Shown here in pieces: positions 46,940-64,000 of a stretch of DNA of 64,000 nt. The notes below the pieces were generated by a model. It saw only the letters and a list, made by a program, of their open reading frames with translations, made no database searches and was not told the DNA's origin. Origin of the DNA: the human T2T-CHM13v2.0 reference genome, Homo sapiens; NCBI RefSeq assembly GCF_009914755.1, contig NC_060931.1; one strand, written 5' to 3'. The translations under genes were made by a program, and so were the position numbers. Each line of letters starts with the position of its first letter. Position 1 is the first letter of the stretch.

Positions 46940-47323
46940 TTATTGGGTCAACAGAGAAAACTAGAGTATGAACAGTAAACTGGATAAAATAATTGCAACA
47001 ACGTTCAATTTACTGAAGTTGGTAAAGGAAACGTTATTGTGTAAGAGAATATCCCTGTTCTCTGAAAATACTCACTGAAGTATTTAGGGGTAAATGATAT
47101 ACGTAACTTTCCCTTGAACGGTCCAGGAAAAAAATGCACATCCATTTATACACATATCATGGATACTCATAGACATTTGCTTATACACACTTACCATAGG
47201 TACTGATTATAGATACACATACACACATATGAGTGAGAGGGAGAAGGAGGGAAGGGGGTAGGGAGACAAAGTGATCCAATAATGAAACAAGGGTGAAATG
47301 TTAACAATTGAGAGTCTGGCTAA

Positions 47324-47716
<393 letters not shown>

Positions 47717-47767
47717 TAAACCTTAACTTACTTTGTCTAACTTTTATAGACAAAGTCTACGTTATTT

Positions 47768-47839
47768 GCTCTGGGGTTTTCCATTTTAAACCTGACCTTT
47801 CTGGCTCTGGGTTTTTCCATTTTAAACCTGACCTTTCTG
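47768..47839. repeat. 36-bp tandem duplication with one mismatch
   Basis: GCTCTGGG(G/T)TTTTCCATTTTAAACCTGACCTTTCTG at 47768-47803 and 47804-47839. Confidence 0.95.
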
Positions 47840-47978
47840 GTTCCAGGTGAAGGCAGAGACAGATAACATAGGATTATTGTATGTCAGTATGTTTTCAACT
47901 ATTTCTCCTGAAACTTGGAAACGTATTAGACCATGTGGGATACCACGCGGACGGGAACGGGGGATAAATGTGTGTTCA

Positions 47979-48359
<381 letters not shown>

Positions 48360-48480
48360 TTAAACTTCAAGATGCCAACTACAGTGCCTATCAGGGTGGC
48401 AGGCAGGTAATGTGAATGAATGAAACAAGCCAGGCATAAGAAAAGTCAACTACCAATAATACAATAAAACTTTCTTGATT

Positions 48481-48486
48481 TTTAAT
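48481..48486 (-). terminator. GTF2IRD2: Probable GTF2IRD2 polyadenylation signal ATTAAA
   Basis: ATTAAA on the - strand followed about 20 nt later by T/GT-rich TTTTATTGTATTATTGGTAGTTG; about 490 nt after the stop. Confidence 0.65.
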
Positions 48487-48591
48487 GAATAGTGAGGCAT
48501 ACAATGTAATATAAACAAGTATGATACTGCAGATTATATTTCTGATTCAAAGTGGAAAAAAAACTGAAAAAAAAAAAAGTTTAAGAACTCA

Positions 48592-48894
<303 letters not shown>

Positions 48895-48977
48895 TCATTT
48901 TGTCATCTCCCAATCCCTTGGGACTAGAAGACTCCAGCCTTTCCCACCATAGGGCCCTGCCAGGAGTTTTCTCTCCA

Positions 48978-63269
<14,292 letters not shown>

Positions 63270-63466
63270 CTGAAAGAAAAATAAATAATATATAACAAAG
63301 GAGAAATACAAAAATGTAAAAAGAAATCACTGAATACAATGCAAACAAGTCAATACCCACACAGGAATACACCTGAAATACTTCTACCCCTTGAAATAAA
63401 ACTGGCTGCGCGCGGTAGCTCACGCCTGTAATCTCAGCACTCTGGGAGGTGGAGGCGGGCAGATCA

Positions 63467-64000
<534 letters not shown>

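Overview
Human (great-ape-type) genomic DNA, recognisable as the Williams-Beuren region 7q11.23 'block B' low-copy repeat. It holds three genes. (1) The last 11 coding exons plus a non-coding terminal exon of GTF2I/TFII-I on the + strand, with I-repeats R5 and R6 and the stop at 11127-11129. (2) A complete, intact 11-exon NCF1/p47phox on the + strand (ATG 26325, TGA 41474-41476, 390 aa), with GTGT at the start of exon 2. (3) The last 7 exons of GTF2IRD2 on the - strand, ending in a 1.6-kb exon made from a domesticated hAT Charlie8 transposase. The rest is very Alu-dense (about 75 copies by eye) with MIR, L2, L1, MER and MLT1 fragments. Nearly all short ORFs in the supplied track are Alu translations. 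I found no new gene or wholly new system. The most notable observations are an NCF1 copy with gene-type exons but a 20-bp intron-2 duplication I recall as pseudogene-type, a templated-insertion patchwork beside it, a transposase missing its second catalytic Asp, tandem donors and a reconstituted donor that could affect splicing, and two Alus with unusually long target duplications. Which of the three block-B paralogues this is was inferred (most likely the medial functional copy), not proven. Repeat family names come from remembered consensus sequences, not a search.
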